DNA from: an uncultured Actinomycetota bacterium
GTDB lineage: Bacteria; Actinomycetota; Actinomycetes; Mycobacteriales; Micromonosporaceae
DNA length: 64,000 nucleotides
Direction of reading: 5' to 3'
Assembly (NCBI GenBank): GCA_963773935.1
Contig: CAVZCZ010000009.1
Coordinates: 50,442 to 114,441 of the forward strand
Numbering within the stretch: the first letter of the stretch is position 1; each line of letters opens with the position of its first letter. Both the position numbers and the translations under genes were made by a program. The notes below the pieces were generated by a model. The model saw nothing but the letters and a program-made list of their open reading frames with translations. It was not told where the DNA came from and did not search any database. Below are positions 40,090 to 50,054 of this stretch, in pieces.

Positions 40090-42814
40090 TCACCGCCGGC
40101 CTGCGCCGCCTGCGTACCTTTGCCGGGTCGCTGGGCCTGCTCGCGCTGCTCGCCCTCGCCGCCTCCCTGTTGCTGACCGCGACCCCGCACCTGGCCAACC
40201 GCTACACCGACCAGGGGCTTCGGGACTGGATCTCGTCGCTGAGCCACCGGGTGCGCGACGTGTCGTACCTGACCGAAACCGACATCAGCGCCGACCCAAC
40301 TCGGCCGACCCTCCGGCCGTCACAGGCCAACAACCTGCTCGGCGGGCTGCACTTCGATCTGCCGCCGGCGTTGCGGGACCGGCTGAGCGGCGAGTGGTAC
40401 TCGACCCAGATCACGGAGGCATTCGCCACCGGTGAGGATCTGCCGGCCGGATTCCCGCCGCCTCAGCTGTCGGTGCGCGATCAGAGCGGCGCCGAATCCG
40501 CAGCGCGGATGGTCGCCGGCGACTGGCCAGCGACCGAGCAGGTGGTCGAGGCTCCGGTGCAGACCGCGGTGTCTTCGGCGGTCGCCGATACCTTCAACCT
40601 GCATGTCGGTTCACGGTTGGTGTTGCGCAGTCCGGACTATGGCCCGAGCGCGGTGTTGCCAGTCATCGTCGTCGGCATCTTCGAGCCGCTCGATACCAAC
40701 GATCCGGTCTGGGCCGAGCAGGACGAGGTGCTCAAGCCGTACGCGCCGGTCGGCACCGACCCGCCGGAGCCATGGCGGGGCGATCATGCTCACCGACATG
40801 CCGGGGCATGAGCGCCGCCGCGGCCAAGCTGATCCACGTCGAGTTCACGTGGCGGTTCCGGATCGACGACAGCGCGCTCAATGTGGCCGACCTGCCGACG
40901 CTGACCAGGCGGCGTTCGAGGCGCGGCAACAGGACGCGGTCGAGGCCACCACGCAGACCGGGCTGGACACGGCGCTGGCCCGCTACGCCGGCCAGGTCCA
41001 GGCCGTGCAGGCCCTACTGTCGGTGGTGCAGGCAGGCATCCTGGCGACCCTCTTCGGGTTGGTGATCCTCGCCGCCATGGCCTCGGCCCAACGCCGGCGG
41101 AACGAGTTCGCGCTGCTGCGCGCGCGCGGGGTCGAGCCTGGCCACGCTCGGCGGGCGCGTGCTGCTCGAGTCCGCGCTCGCGGTGTCCGTCGCGATCGCG
41201 ACCGGCTATCTCATCGGCCGGCAGGTGCCGGGGCGCCCGGGCGACACGGAGTGGATGGTGCTGGTGTTCGGCGCCGCGGCGATGCTGGCCGGCCCGGTGC
41301 TCGCGGTCGCCGGCCACCGTCAGGTGTCGTTCGCGGCGGCCCGCGCCGACCTGCAGCGGCCCCGGGTGACCACGCGCCGGATCACCGCCGAGCTCACCCT
41401 GGTCGCGCTCGCCGTCTTCGGCGCTCTACTACTGCGCCGGCGCGGACTCGGTGCCGAGGTCGACCCCTATCTGGTGGTCGTGCCGGTGCTGGCCGCAGCG
41501 GCCGCAGCCGTGGTCGCGCTGCGGCTGTTTCCGTACCCGCTTCGCCTGCTCGCCGGCGCTGCGGCGCGGGCCCGAGGTGCGGTGCCGTTCCTGGGCTTCG
41601 CTCGCGCCGGCCGCTCCGCGCCGGCGACCGCCGGACCGCTCGCTGTGCTCGTGGTCGCGGTCAGCGTCGGAGTCGTTCAGCGCCGCCGTGGCGGGCAGCG
41701 TCGGCGGCCGCCCGGGACCGGGTCGCCGACCTCGCCGTGCCCGGGGACGCGTATGTCCACGGTGGACTGTTCGCACCCGACGCTCGCCAGGCGATGGCGT
41801 CCGTCGCCGGGCGTTACCGAGGTGGCGGCGGTCTCGCTGGAGTTCAACTCCCCGTTGGCCGCTGGCGCCGAGGCCGGGGCCCGGTCGCTGCCCGGCACCG
41901 CCGGCATGGTCGTCGATGCGCCGGAGCTGGCCCGGGTGCTCAGCGAGAGCGGCGTCCCGCAGTCGGTGCCCGACGTTCTGGTGCAGGCCCGTCGCGGCGA
42001 CGGACCGGTGCCCGCGATCGTCTCGCCCGCGGTGGCGGCGGAGCTCGACGGGGTCGGGGCGCTGCTGGTGCAGGCGTACCCGTATCCGTTCCGGGTCGCG
42101 GCCGTGATGCGAGACCTTCCCGGGGCTGCCGATCGACACCGAACGGTTCGTGGTGCTGCCGTGGCAGGCCCTGGTTGAACCCGACGCGAAGCCGGTGCTG
42201 CCGACCGGATTCATCCTTGCCGGCGACGGCATCGACCCGGCCAAGTTGGCTGAGGTCGGCGATGCGAGTCAGCGGGCGTGGATCAGCAGCGTCAGCGGCC
42301 GCCCGGCCGGCACCCTCACCCAGCCGACGTCGGTCGATGACGCGTACCGAGGTCCGGGCCGCACTGGAGCGCGGCGGGGTGGACCAAGTGCTCGGCTACA
42401 CGTTCACCGTGGGGTCCGCGGCGGGCGTCGCGCTGGCCCTGCTCGCGGTCGGCTTCTCGGTGGTGAGCGGAGCCCGGGCTCGCGGGCAGGCGCTGTCCCG
42501 GCTGCGCACGCTCGGGCTCTCGTCCGGGCAGGGGCGGCGACTGCTGGCGTACGAGCTGATGCCGCTCATCGGTCTCGGCGCCCTGGTCGGGTCGGCGGTC
42601 GGCGCGGCGCTGCCGACGCTGATCGGTCCGGCGCTGGGTCTGTCCGTATTCAGCGATGGGGCCGAGGTGGTGCTGGCGCTGGATCCACGGCTGGGCGCCG
42701 CGGCCTTCGGACTCGTGGTGGTTGCGGTCGTGCTTGCGGTGGTGATCGAAGCAATGGTGAACCGGCGGGCGCGCCTCGGTGAGGTGCTCCGGGTCGGAGG
42801 GGAGAAGCTCATGA
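40086..42814 (+). pseudogene. large FtsX-family ABC permease 2, about nine frame switches
   Basis: GTGA overlap with permease 1 (40086-40089). VITAGLRRLRTFAGSLGLLALLALAASLLL...; FtsX modules ..ALLRARG/SSLATLGGRVLLESAL.. and ..LSRLRTLGLSSGQGRRLLAYELMPLIG..VLRVGGEKL. The reading passes between all three + frames near 40782, 40806, 40905, 41128, 41672, 41705, 41812, 42122 and 42335. The 3' end is assumed at the ATGA at 42811-42814. Confidence 0.65.
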
Positions 42815-43807
42815 CGCTGACGACGGCGCCCAACGGATCCGCGGCCCGGACCTGGCCGAGCTGCAGCGACGGGCCGCCGAGCGGGCGGCCCAGCGCGCCG
42901 GCGGCGACCACCTGCGCGACGGGCACATCGTCTGCGCGGGCCTGGTCCGGATCTACAAGTCCGACGGCATCGAGGTGGTCGCCCTGCAGGGGCTGGACCT
43001 GGTCGTGGACCGCGGCGACCTGGTCGCCATCGTCGGCGCATCCGGCTCGGGCAAATCGACCCTGCTCAACATCCTGTCCGGACTGGACGTGCCGACTGCC
43101 GGCGTGGCCCGGGTCGGCCCGTACGACCTGCTGGCACTCTCGCCGAAGCGGCGGCTGAGCTACCGGCGGTCGATGGTGGGGTTCGTCTGGCAGCAGACCG
43201 CGCGCAACCTGCTGCCGTACCTGACCGCGCGGGAGAACGTCGAGCTGCCGATGCAGCTGGCCGGGCGCACGCGGCGGGCGCAAGTCCCGCCGCCGCGCGA
43301 ACGAGCTGCTCGATCTGGTCGGCGTCGCGTACTGCGCCAGGCGGCGACCGGACCAGATGAGCGGCGGCGAGCAGCAGCGGGTGGCGGTCGCGGTCGCGGT
43401 GGCCAACAACCCTGAGGTGCTCTTCGCCGACGAACCGACCGGAGAGCTGGACGAGGCGACCGGCGCCGAGGTGTTCGGTGCGCTGCAGAGCATCAACGCC
43501 GAGCTCGGCGTGACGATCGTCGTGGTCACCCACGATCCCGCCGTCGCCACGCAGGTGCGGCGGACAGTCGCGATCCGCGACGGCCGTACCGCGTCCGAGG
43601 TGCGGCGCTCGACCCGGATCGGTGCCGACGGGACAGAGGAGCACGTGACCGAGGAGTACGCGGTGCTCGACCGGGCCGGGCGGCTGCAGCTGCCGGCGGC
43701 CTTCGTCGAAGAACTCGCCCTGCGCGACCGGGTCCGGCTCAACCTCGAACCCGACCACGTCGAGGTCCGCCCCGGCCACGAGCGCACGGCGGAACGGCAT
43801 CGGCTAG
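42811..43807 (+). pseudogene. ABC transporter ATP-binding protein 1 (MacB/LolD-like) with C-terminal extension, about three frame switches
   Basis: ATG 42811, then DLAELQRRAAERAAQ..IVCAGLVRIYKSDGIEVVALQGLDLVVDRGDLVAIVGASGSGKSTLLN (frame of ORF 42975..43415). Next MSGGEQQRVAVAVAVANNPEVLFADEPTGELD..VVVTHD plus the extension ..YAVLDRAGRLQLPAAFVEELALRDRVRLNLEPDHVEV (ORF 43357..44595). Switches are near 42835, 43290 and 43790. The stop is assumed to be TAG 43805-43807. Confidence 0.7.
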
Positions 43808-43828
43808 CGAGCGAGGGAGATCAGCGCG

Positions 43829-44548
43829 ATGAGCGAGGCAGTGGAAATGAGCGATCTGGTTCGGGTGGAAGGCGTCAGTCGCAAGTACGGCCGGGGCAGC
43901 CGGGTCGTGCACGCGGTGCGGGACGTCTCGTTCAGCACCGGCACTGGGCAGCTGGTCGCGATCCGCGGCCGCTCGGGTGCCGGCAAGACGACCCTGCTCA
44001 ACATGATCGGCGGCCTCGACCGGCCCGACTCCGGACGGGTCTTCCTCGGCTCGCACGAGATCAGCGCCGCCAGCGAGCGCACCCTGCTCACCCTGCGCCG
44101 CAACATGATCGGCTTCGTGTTCCAGTCGTTCGGCCTGGTGCCGATCCTGTCCGCCGCGGAGAACGTCGGCGTGCCGATGCGGCTGGCGCGGGTCAAGCCC
44201 GCCGAGCGGGAGGCGCGGGTCGAGGTGCTGCTCGAGCTGGTCGGGCTGGGCGGTCACGCCGCGCAGCGGCCGTACGAGCTCTCCGGCGGCCAGCAGCAGC
44301 GCGTGGCGGTGGCCCGAGCACTGGCCAACGACCCGCAGCTGCTGATCGCCGACGAGCCGACCGGCCAGCTCGACTCGGAGACCGGACGGTCCATCATGGA
44401 CCTGCTGCGGGCAGTCGTGCGGGCCCGCGGGATGACCGCCCTGGTCGCGACGCACGACCCGGCGCTGTTGGACCGGGCCGACCGGGTGATCACTCTGCGC
44501 GACGGGGCGGTGGTCAGCGACGAGCTGACAGCCGGCGTGTCGCTCTAG
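43829..44548 (+). CDS. ABC transporter ATP-binding protein 2 (MacB/LolD-like)
   Basis: Intact 239 aa: GRSGAGKTTLLN, LSGGQQQRVAVARAL, LLIADEPTGQLD, VATHD. Confidence 0.9.
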   Translation: MSEAVEMSDLVRVEGVSRKYGRGSRVVHAVRDVSFSTGTGQLVAIRGRSGAGKTTLLNMIGGLDRPDSGRVFLGSHEISAASERTLLTLRRNMIGFVFQSFGLVPILSAAENVGVPMRLARVKPAEREARVEVLLELVGLGGHAAQRPYELSGGQQQRVAVARALANDPQLLIADEPTGQLDSETGRSIMDLLRAVVRARGMTALVATHDPALLDRADRVITLRDGAVVSDELTAGVSL

Positions 44549-44800
44549 TCGACACTTGTGTCGTCTGCGCTGCTGCTGACAGATATGGTGCCTGAGGGAT
44601 GGACGGCCGATGCGTAACCGGCCAATCATCTGATGGCACGGCCGTCCGGTTGGTGGTTCGGTGACAGGCGTCATTCGCCGTTTCTGCACTGCTTCGCCGG
44701 CCGCCGCGTAAAAAACTGCACGCTCCGTCGCGGGATTCGGTTGCCGCGACGCACTGGCGCGCAGATCCGGTTACGCAACGTTACGGTCGAAGGAAGTTAG

Positions 44801-45833
44801 ATGGCCATATCCAGCTATTTGGTCTATGCGGTCGGCGTGCTCCTCCTGGCCGCCGTGGCCCTGTTCGTCAAGGTCGTCTTCTTCGACAAGCGACCGCAGA
44901 AGCTGGGCCTGCTCTTCATCCTGCTCGCGGTTCCGCTGTACCTGGTCTACTACGACGACCGGTTCAACGAGCTGCTGCCCGAGTCCAACCAGCTCCGGAT
45001 GCGCCCGTTGGCCGGCGATCTGCTCCGGAAGTACTCGGACGCTGCCGACGTCAACTTCGACTCGGACTTCGCGCCGGCCCTCATGGTCGGGCTCATCCTG
45101 TTGGTGCACCTGACCGTGTTCCAGCGGGTCGCGGTGCGCGAGCGCCTGCAGCGCATCCACAACCCGATCGCGACGTTCTTCGCCGGGTCGGCCGCGGCCA
45201 CCATGGTCGGCGGCACGGTCGTATCCACCTTCCACCTCGGGTGGCAGGGTGCGCTCGGCATCGGCTTCGGATTCGCGCTGGTCTACCTGGGCGCCCTCGC
45301 CCTGCTCGCCGCCTGGTCGAGGTCACCGTCGAGCTGTCCAAGCTGATCGCGGTATGGATCAAGCGCAAGATCTTCGCGCTGGCCACCCTCATCACGCGGG
45401 CCGCGAGCTGGATCTCCTCGCTCGGGCGGTCGGCTGGTCTCCCGCGCCCTCATCGAGCGGATCCGGGCGGAGACGGCGGCGCAGGAGGGCACCTTCATTC
45501 AGGAGCAGGACGACCAGGACGAGCGGCTGGTCGCGGCGTACGTGCGCGACCGTGAGCGCCGCCGGATGGCCCGGCAGAAGGCCATGCGGGAGAAGCTCGG
45601 CGACACCGGCGACTTCCTCGCGGTGTCCGCCTGGCCGCCGCACGCTGAGATACCGGCACCTGCGTCGGCCCCGGCCGCCGAGACGATCGCCGCTCGCCGG
45701 CGTACGAGGCGGCTCCGCCGGCCTACGAAGGCCGCCACCGGCGTACGAGCCACCGACGCCGCCGATGCCGTACGAGCCGCCGGCGCCGACATATGGCGGT
45801 TCACCGAACAGCTCCGGGGAAGCGCAGCAGTAG
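44801..45833 (+). pseudogene. membrane protein with charged coiled region and PPAYE-repeat tail (unknown family), about four frame switches
   Basis: ATG 44801 after GAAGGAAG. The TM-rich N-terminal part is in ORF 44801..45346. Then LVEVTVELSKLIAVWIKRKIFALATLITRAASWISS (ORF 45241..45555 frame). Then LIERIRAETAAQEGTFIQEQDDQDERLVAAYVRDRERRRMARQKAMREKLG (frame of ORF 45542..46069). The tail PAYEAAPPAYE / PPPAYEPPTPPMPYEPPAPTYGG ends at 45833. Confidence 0.45.
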
Positions 45834-45934
45834 TCGAGCCCGTCACGGCGGGGTGGACCTCTACGGTCCGCCCCGCCGTTTGCGTCCGAGTGCGGCCGGC
45901 TTCCGGCAGCGCGGTGTCGCACGCCCAGGCGTTC

Positions 45935-45999
45935 ATGATCGCCGGTTTCCGGCGGGAAGTGCAGCGCAACTGCAGTCGGTGCCGGAAACTGGCGATCAT
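45935..45999. other. 65-bp imperfect palindrome (19-bp arms, nested 5-bp hairpin), possible terminator or protein-binding site
   Basis: atgatcgccGgtttccggc (45935-45953) pairs with gccggaaacTggcgatcat (45981-45999) with one mismatch. The loop contains tgcag-cgcaa-ctgca (45960-45974). It lies about 100 nt after the stop at 45833. Confidence 0.45.
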
Positions 46000-46171
46000 C
46001 GGCAGGCGGCACAACGAACCGAGGGGCATCGTGGGTGGGGAAGGCGTGGGAACCATCACATTGGCTTAGTCCCCCACGAAATAGACAATTCCCACAGCGG
46101 CGTACGCCGCCGATCCGGGTCGTCAACGGCGCCGACCCGGGTCATGCACCGCCGGCAGGTCGGAGGACGTC

Positions 46172-46794
46172 ATGGCCCTTCCCGAGCATCGACCGAGGAC
46201 CCCGGACGACGCATTGCAGGAGCTGCTCGCCGGCAACGAGCGGTTCGTTACCGGTGCGCGGATCCACCCGCACCAGGACGCGGAACGCCGGGCCGCGGTG
46301 GCCAACGCACAGCGCCCGTTCGCGGTCATCTTCGGCTGCTCCGACTCGCGACTGGCGGCGGAGATCATCTTCGACCGCGGGCTCGGTGACCTCTTCGTCG
46401 TGCGGACCGCCGGCCACATCGTCGGCCCGGAGGTGCTCGCGAGCATCGAGTACGGCGTGACCATTCTCGGTGCGCCGCTCGTGCGTGGTGCTCGGCCACG
46501 ACTCGTGCGGCGCGATCCAGGCCACCTATGCGGCATTGACTGGCAGCTATGAGCCGACCGCGGGCACACAAGCCATCGTGGACCGGGTTCTGCCGAGCAT
46601 TGCGCATGCCGCCGCCCTGGGCGTGACGGACCTCGACGCGGTGGCCGACGCCCACATCGGGGTCACTGCCGCGGCAGCTCACGCGGTCCGGCATCGCCGA
46701 CGCGGTCGCGGCCAAGGAGTGTGCTGTCGTTGGCATGGCCTACCGCCTGGAGGACGGGCGGGTGACGCTCATCTCGTCGGCCGGGGACGAGTAG
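46172..46794 (+). pseudogene. beta-class carbonic anhydrase, two frame switches
   Basis: NERFVTGARIHPHQD..PFAVIFGCSDSRLAAEIIFDRGLGDLFVVRTAGH (ORF 46172..46552), then VVLGHDSCGAIQA (ORF 46470..46847), then ..AVAAKECAVVGMAYRLEDGRVTLISSAGDE with stop 46792-46794. The Zn ligands CxDxR and HxxC are present. Switches are near 46480 and 46680. Confidence 0.8.
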
Positions 46795-46843
46795 GCCGGG
46801 GACGAGTCGGCCGCGCCGATAGTGTGCCGCCTAGAGTGGACGT

Positions 46844-47359
46844 ATGACCACAATGGACACGGCCGGTCCGGGCCCAGTGGTACGGCCGATGCAGCCGGCC
46901 GACGCCGCCGCCGTGCTCGAGATCTACCAAAGTGGACTCGACGCCGGCCAGGCCAGCTTCGAGACCACCGCCCCCGACTGGGCTACGTTCGACGCCGGTC
47001 GGCTGCCGGGCCACCGCCACGTCGCGCTCGTCGGCGACAGCGTCGTCGGCTGGGTCGCGGTGTCGGCGGTCTCCAGCCGGCAGGTCTACGCCGGGGTGGT
47101 GGAGCACAGTGTGTACGTCGACCCGAACAGCCGAGGCCATGGCATCGGGCGGCTCCTGCTCGACACACTGATCGCCTCGACCGAGGCGGCCGGGATCTGG
47201 ACCATCCAGTCCGGCGTCTTTCCGGAGAACGGGGCGAGCCTGGCGCTGCACCGCGCCGCCGGGTTCCGCACGGTCGGCATCCGGGAGCGGATCGGCCGCC
47301 ACCACGGCGTGTGGCGCGACGTCGTGTTACTGGAGCGGCGCAGCCCTTTCGTGGTCTGA
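46844..47359 (+). CDS. GNAT N-acetyltransferase (phosphinothricin-acetyltransferase-like)
   Basis: Intact 171 aa: IYQSGLDAGQASFETTAPDWATF...VVEHSVYVDPNSRGHGIGRLLL...GVFPENGASLALHRAAGFRTVG. Confidence 0.8.
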   Translation: MTTMDTAGPGPVVRPMQPADAAAVLEIYQSGLDAGQASFETTAPDWATFDAGRLPGHRHVALVGDSVVGWVAVSAVSSRQVYAGVVEHSVYVDPNSRGHGIGRLLLDTLIASTEAAGIWTIQSGVFPENGASLALHRAAGFRTVGIRERIGRHHGVWRDVVLLERRSPFVV

Positions 47360-47403
47360 CGGCATGGCCTCGGCGTTTCGCCCTGGACGACGCGTTGTTG
47401 TAC

Positions 47404-47617
47404 GCGATATCACTTTCGCGAAGCTTGCGAGCGAATGCAGAATCAATTTCACCCCGTGATATCGGCAGGTGCCCGATCGGCTCAGCATCCTCCTCTCTCG
47501 GCCTCTTAGGCTCTCGCGGTCTCTTAGGCATCTCTCGGCTGAACACACGGGGCGATTCTGTGATCTTGAAGCCTGACCGGGCCGCGGGGCGATATCGCTG
47601 GCTGAAATGGATATCGC
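47404..47617. promoter_or_regulatory. cluster of four GATATC-core palindromic sites plus 16-18-bp direct repeats in an AT-richer intergenic region
   Basis: gcGATATCac (47404-47413), gtGATATCgg (47456-47465), gcGATATCgc (47589-47598), gGATATCgcg (47609-47618). Direct repeats ctctcggcctcttagg / ctctcgcggtctcttagg lie at 47495-47528. Function unknown. Confidence 0.35.
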
Positions 47618-47686
47618 GACGCAACCGTCCCCGTCCGCGGCGACGTCTCTGATCGCGTTGGCTGATCGGTGCGCTAGCGTTCGTAC

Positions 47687-49208
47687 GTGTCTGACGCCCG
47701 CGCGCGGCGCATGTTCGGTGGTGCCTCAGGTGGTTCCGGGGATCTCGCCGCGAGTCCGTTCCGCGCTGACCGCGACCGCATCGTCAGCTCGCCGTTCTTC
47801 GTCCGGCTCGGTGGTGTCACCCAGGTGATCAGCCCAGGCGGCGCCGGCCTGCTTGTGCACAACCGGCTCACCCACAGCCTCAAGGTGGCTCAGGTCGCCC
47901 GAGCCGTGGCCGAGCGCCTGCACGCCGACGAGCGGTACACCGACCTGCTGGAATCGCTCGGCGGCTGTGACCCGGACGTGGTGGAGGCCGCGGCGCTCGC
48001 CCACGACCTTGGGCATCCGCCATTCGGGCACCTGGGCGAGTACGTGCTGGATCGGCTCGCCCGGCATCGGCTGCACCTGGCGGACGGCTTCGAAGGCAAC
48101 GCTCAGTCGTACCGGATCGTCACGAGTACCGAGATCCGCGGCACGGCCACGATCGGCCTCGACCTCACCGCCGCGGTCCGGGCCGCCATGTTGAAGTATC
48201 CGTGGACCCGCACGACGTACCCGCAACCGCACCCGAGCACCATGGACCCGGCGCCGCGCGGGGCGACGTCCGCCGCCGGACGACCCCGCCAGCGGATCAA
48301 CGAAGTTCGGGGCGTACACGACTGAGCTCGGTGATCTGCAGCATGCCCGCGAGCCGTTCGTGGGCCGGATCGCGGACTGGCAGCAGACGGTCGAAGCGTC
48401 CATTATGGACACCGCCGATGATATCGCCTACGCGATTCACGATGTCGAGGACTTCCACCGGGTCGGGGTACTGCAGTCCGGCGCGGTCGCGGCCGAGTTC
48501 AGCGCCTGGCAACGGGAGTCGGGGGAGCTGGCCGAGGTGCCCGACGCGGCGCTCGAGGTGGGCGCGCGACGGCCGGGATATCCCACCGAACGGCTGCGCA
48601 GGCAGATCAAGCGCAAGGACGGCTGGATCAGCGACGATGACGCATTCGCGACCGCGGTCGAGCACGTCCGCAAGGAACTGGTGGACGGGCTGCTCGCGGT
48701 CAGCTTCGACGGTTCGATCGAGGCGGAACAGTCGGTGGCCGGTTTCTCTGCCCGATGGACCCGGCGGCTCGTCGACGCTATCGAGGTCGTGGCCCGGCCA
48801 TCGACGCGTTCCGGGCACGTCGTGCTCGGCGTCGCGCAGTGGCACGAGGTGCAGATTCTCAAGTCGGTGCACCGGCGGTTCGTACTGACCCGGCCCGACC
48901 TCGCGATGCATCAGCGCGGTCAGGCCGGACTGCTCACGACACTGGTCGAAGCACTGCGTGCCTGGATCGAGGACCCGGAGGAGTCGGCCCGGCTGCCGCA
49001 GCGCCTGCAAGATCTCATCGACCTGGCCGACGCCGAGCTGGACGCCACCCCGGAGGCCGGGCCTCCGGTGGCGTCACGCCGCGTTCGCGCGCAGGGGCGG
49101 GCGATCGTCGATTTCGTCGCGGCGCTCACCGACGGGCAGGCGATCGCACTGTTGGATGCGTTGTCCGGACGCTCGGGTCAACTGTGGACGGATGCGTTCG
49201 TGCTGTGA
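47687..49208 (+). pseudogene. dgt: dGTP triphosphohydrolase-like HD-domain protein, one frame switch near 48270
   Basis: FRADRDRIVSSPFFVRLGGVTQV...HNRLTHSLKVAQVAR...AALAHDLGHPPFGH (ORF 47687..48325), then STKFGAYTTELGDL...TADDIAYAIHDVEDF... to LWTDAFVL (ORF 48360..49208 frame). Confidence 0.8.
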
Positions 49209-49236
49209 CAACGGTCCGCCGACGAAGGAGCACATC

Positions 49237-50054
49237 GTGGAGTTCGTTTGGCCGGGCGGGGCCGAGGTCGCGGTCTCGTGGACGTTCGACCTCGACGCGG
49301 AGTCCGGGTGGCTGGGCGTCGGGCCGCAGTACGCCCGCCGGCTCTCCACCCTCTCCGAGGGCCGATACGGCGCGGTGCGCGGCACGCCCGCGGATCCTCG
49401 ATCTGTTGGCGCGCCACGAGATCCGGGCCACCTTCTTTATCCCGGGCCATACTGCGCAACTGCATCCGCGACGCGGTGCGCCGCATCATCGACGGCGGGC
49501 ACGAGGTGGCCCACCATGGGCACATGCATCTGCGCAGTGACAAGGCGACCGCCCAGGCGCAACGCGACGAGATCGAGCAGGGCCTCGCCGCACTCCAGGC
49601 GGCCGGTGCCGCGCGCCCGGTCGGCTACCGGTCCACCTCCTGGGAGCTGACGCCGGAAACGTTCGACCTCCTGCTGGAGCACGACTTCCGGTACGACTCG
49701 TCCTGCATGGGCGACGACCGCCCGTACTGGGAGAGCTGGGGAGGCCGACGGATCCTGGAGCTGCCCGTGCACTGGTCGCTGGATGACTGGCCGAGGTACG
49801 GCTGGAGCATCGACAGCGGCGGCAACATGGTGGACCCGACCGAGTTGTACGGGTCCTGGCTGGACGAGTTCGAGCTCGCCCACGCCGAGCGCCGGCACGT
49901 CACGTTCACCATGCATCCGGAGGTGATCGGGCGCGGGCAGCGCTACGTCCAATGGGCCCGCCTGGTCGCGGAGATCGCGGGTCGCGACCGGGTCTGGACC
50001 GCGACGCTTGCCGAAGTGGCCGAGCAGGTCCGACCGCAACTGGCGGCGTCATGA
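49237..50054 (+). pseudogene. polysaccharide deacetylase (NodB-homology) family protein, two frame switches
   Basis: GTG 49237 after GAAGGAG. VEFVWPGGAEVAVSWTFDLDAES.. (ORF 48958..49650 frame), then RILDLLARHEIRATFFIPGHTA (ORF 48755..49540 frame), then DAVRRIIDGGHEVAHHGHMH..GYRSTSWELT.. (ORF 49248..50054). Switches are near 49385 and 49470. Confidence 0.75.

Noticed and set aside
47565-47580. 12-nt identity (cttgaagcctga) between the dgt upstream region and the start of the 63-bp repeat unit (63329-63340).
   Set aside because: The match is too short, and the flanks do not align. It is worth a genome-wide BLASTN but is not evidence of a shared element.
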